64,000 nt of DNA from the NCBI GenBank assembly GCA_044892525.1, contig CM097885.1, positions 19,346,001 to 19,410,000 of the forward strand. The letters are read 5' to 3'. Made by a program: the position numbers and the translations under genes. Source of the DNA: Schmidtea polychroa. Taxonomy: Eukaryota. Positions 60,451 to 64,000 of the stretch are shown here, in pieces; position 1 is the first letter of the stretch; each line of letters starts with the position of its first letter. The notes under the pieces are model-generated. The model was not told where the DNA came from and ran no database searches. It was given only the letters and a program-made list of their open reading frames with translations.

Positions 60451-63400
60451 CGTCAGAATATGGCCATTTTAATTTGGGGCTGACTGTGACAATTTACAAA
60501 CTACAGCGCCTGCCCCTTTGAGGCGGCGACGGGTGGCGTGAGGCGAGCGGAAGGGCGTGCGGGCGTGTAGGTTGTTGATTTTAATTTTTTATTTGAATAA
60601 CTTGGACATGCATGTTTTGTGTATGATTTTAAAAAAATAGACTTTAATTTTGGGACTTTTTAAAATTTGGGAAATTTTTGAGTAGGGGAAATTTGGGAAA
60701 TTTTTTTTTTGGGACTTTTTAAATTTTGGGAAATTTTTGAGTCGGGAAATTTATTTTGGGGATCTTGTGATTTGGAAATATTTTGTAAATATTCCATATG
60801 ATTTTTTCTAGTAATTTGTTGATTTTTTCCAAGTATTTTTATATAAAAAATTTCTAAGGGTTGTGAATTAAAAATTTTCAAATTTATCCAGGCATTTTTA
60901 TTTTTCAAATTTTTTCTATATCAAGTGGTGTAACCTTCACTTTAAAGTACTTTCATATTTTTTAAAATATTTTTCTAAGTATTTTATTAAAGCTTTTGTT
61001 CATTGTCCCACACTGTGTTGAAGAATATGATTTTATTTCTATAATATAAAATTTTCTATGTTTGATAATATATGAATGATATTAAATTATGGTATTTGAT
61101 GTTGAAGTTTGAGACTTTGGAGCTCATTTTCCATAGAAACTATACATTTTTACTATATATAGATTATATAATTTTATGATCCTTATAAAATTCCGAGTTT
61201 AAAAAAAAATTCTCCAGGGGGGGGGGGGGGGGGGGTAGTGGTGTGGATGGGACATGGTGTGGAAGGGACATATCCATCTACTTCTGACAACTTAGAAATT
61301 CTGAAATGGAGCATTTCTTTTCTCTATAATTCAACTGATTTAACCTTCATAGAGTCTTGTGGTCATTTTTGACCAAAAACATAAACCTAATATTGTAAAA
61401 TTTATTACTTTTATTCTTGTTTTGTAGTTTTAGGAAACTAAAATATAAATGTTAAAAAGTAAAAATACATTTTATGAACTTTTATTAAATAAACTAGATA
61501 TTTGTCAGAAATTACCGTTAAACGTTTTGTCAAACTTTTGTTTACTTGCTCAATTTGAGTAATATATGTTTATATTAGATAATGTTGTTTTCGCAACACA
61601 CAAATCTTTATAAATTATATTTATTGGTTCTCTTTGATCCATTCTTTTTAATGCTTTTCATATTTACCAATTACCTTTTTCATCTTTCTTTTGCCGTCCA
61701 ATAAAACAAAAAAATAAAAATATATATCATTACAATTAATTTGAAAATTTAAGGTGAAATTTGTGTATTAAATTCCATTTATTGTAAAATAAAATTCGGA
61801 TAATTATTATAATCCAAAAGATAATTAAATAGAATTATCTCTGTCAAAAAAAAGTATCCAAAACAATTTCTTTTATTTAAAGAATTTATTTTATTCTAAA
61901 TTCAAGAATTTATAATTGTCTTAAATGGGAACTTATTCTAAGATTCAAGAGAAATTCAAATCGAAAAGGAAACTTGGTTTCCGCCTACGTAATTAAATTC
62001 AAAAAAAATAAAATTTTATTATTTATGAAGAAAATAAATAAATATTTAATAAGACGTTTATCAAGAAATAGTATTTTTATTCTATTTGATCAATGAAAAC
62101 AAAACAAATCTTTTACTTTTTGTTTTGTCTCACAAAATAATTAGGAAAATAATAACAATAATTTAAATATAAATTAATGTACTATTATGTGAATTTATTT
62201 ATTAAATTTGGAAAAAGTCAATTAATTATTTATTAATTATTTAAAAATTAAATAACATAAATATAATTTAAAATGTAACTCCGGATTTAGGAAGGAACTT
62301 AAAATATTTATAAATAAGAGCAAATGTTCAACTTTATTTTATTTTCATTAATTTACATCGAAAAAAATTTCTATAAAATAATATTAATGATTTAAAAATA
62401 ATTTTATTTATGATAATAATAATTATTCGATAAGTAAAAATTATTCACATTTATGATATTGTTTTTACTAAGTGATGCATGGTAATGTAATTACTAATTT
62501 TAATCTTCAATATTCTCCCTTACGTTGGTGATATTTGTAACTTAGAACTTTACTTTCGATGGTATTACACAACAGATACACAAAGATTTGCGACTATGAA
62601 ACCTTAACAATCCTTAGGTTTTGAGAAAATTCAAAAAGAAATCTTTGAAAAAAAAATGAGGCATGCATTCTAGAGCACTGTGAGTTTTACCACGAGTCAT
62701 TAAAAATCATGGCGCTTTAAATAAATAACTGCTAACTCCTGGTGCATCAAATGATTCATGCTTTCCATTAGTCACTCAGAATCAAATGTGTGTTCACATT
62801 TTTTATTTTGCAAAAGCAGTTGGTGTTCTTTGTTTATCTTTCTCTAAGGACTCTTAATTGATTTGATATTATTATTTTATTTGTATTCGTCTCATAATTT
62901 TTACCCCCCCCCCCCACATACCCGTTGTTCATGAATCAAGTCCATTTTTGATTTTTTAAAGGATTTGAAATTTTATCGATTTCCATATTATAGCCGTTTA
63001 TTTTTGAAAGTGACTTAAGTCCATTTATCTTAAAATTATGAAATATTTTGTCATTGTATTAACCAATTAATTTTCGTTTTAAAAAATCCTAGTGATTTTA
63101 AATATATAATTTACCTCAAAATGAAAAGGTTACGTAAAAATGATATTATTTAGATAGCTAACTTTATTCTTTTGATAAATGGACTTAGGCCACTTTCATA
63201 ATAAACGATTTATTTAAATTTCTTTGTATATTTAAGTTTTTTTCGCCATATTCAGAATAAGAAACTCAATACAATAAGTTTTATTTGTACCTCAAAATCA
63301 CAACTGTTTTGAATTACTTTTAGAAAATAAAATGCTTTCGTTTAATACAATGGACAAGTCACACTATGAGACAACAACTCTAGCAGAATGAATCTGATTT

Positions 63401-64000
63401 AGCGAATAAAAATCTCATCTCGCAATGCCGTTTCTTTTAATTTTCCTTTTATAGGGCTACTCTTCTCATCAATCATATACAAATTAAATTATGCGTTACT
63501 GATAAGCTGGAAAAATTTAAAAAAACACGGTACCACTTGTCAAAGTCGGAAAATTCTAGAAGGTTCCTTATTAGCTCACAACAATTAATTAATAAAAATG
63601 TAAGTTACTTATAAAATACCCTGTACTTACTGATTAATTTATAAAAACAAAAATAAATTTAATTAATAAATAAAATCCCCAAGTTAAATGAATATATAAA
63701 CAAGGCAAATTTTACCTGCTTGTTGTGTTCATTATTTCAAATAAATTATATTTTAGTAATGACCATAACATCCTTCAAATACAAAATGTTCATTATAAAA
63801 TATAATTACGCTAACATCGAAAGTTAAACTGCATTTCTGCGACAATTAAATAAAGGCGCAATTTAAATGTTCAGGATTTTGGATAAACCGTTCAGTAATT
63901 GGATTAAAATGTTCAGTATTTATATACTCAGTAAAATAGATTAAATGTTCTTTATTTTGAAAAAATTTTCAGTAATTAAAATAAATTTTCAGTAATGTTC

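Larger units (their letters stand above)
57480..61282. mobile_element. Polinton fragment (ATPase, TBP-like gene, small ORFs, probable right terminus)
   Basis: Packaging ATPase; tandem repeats at 60640-60790; G-run followed by ...CCATCTACT at 61282 resembles a Polinton end. Left boundary unclear. Confidence 0.55.

Overview
Very AT-rich eukaryotic DNA with long (AAT)n/(AT)n tracts; an invertebrate such as a planarian is my inference only. I found no intact host gene. The window is a nest of mobile elements dominated by Maverick/Polinton (adintovirus-like) endogenous DNA viruses. (1) The right end of a Polinton at 1-2232 with a broken pPolB. (2) An internally deleted Polinton at 11678-41057 with a perfect 6-bp TSD (TATTAG) and satellite-built TIRs; it keeps the integrase-chromodomain end, two tandem PX/penton genes, PW and a truncated PY/major capsid gene. 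(3) A near-complete 15-kb Polinton of another type (24289-39336, ~1-kb TIRs) inserted into the right TIR of (2). It encodes pPolB, a membrane protein, a fiber-like protein, penton, adenain protease, a pX-like core protein, packaging ATPase, PLA2-integrase and major capsid; several genes carry stops or frameshifts. (4) A 2.35-kb mini-Polinton with TSD ATCAAA. (5) A Polinton fragment with a packaging ATPase next to a TBP-like gene. Also present: a Gypsy LTR element, three hAT elements, small MITEs, a ubiquitin-BEL/Pao Gag fusion relic, and eIF4A and isochorismatase fragments. Most novel candidates: four tRNA-sized Pol III-type (A-box/B-box/oligo-T) units in Polinton (3), analogous to adenovirus VA RNAs; a Polinton-linked TBP-like gene; a CCAAT-N19-ATG motif at three Polinton gene starts; and a 265-bp flanking duplication in place of a 6-bp TSD. 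All calls come from manual motif reading, with no database searches.
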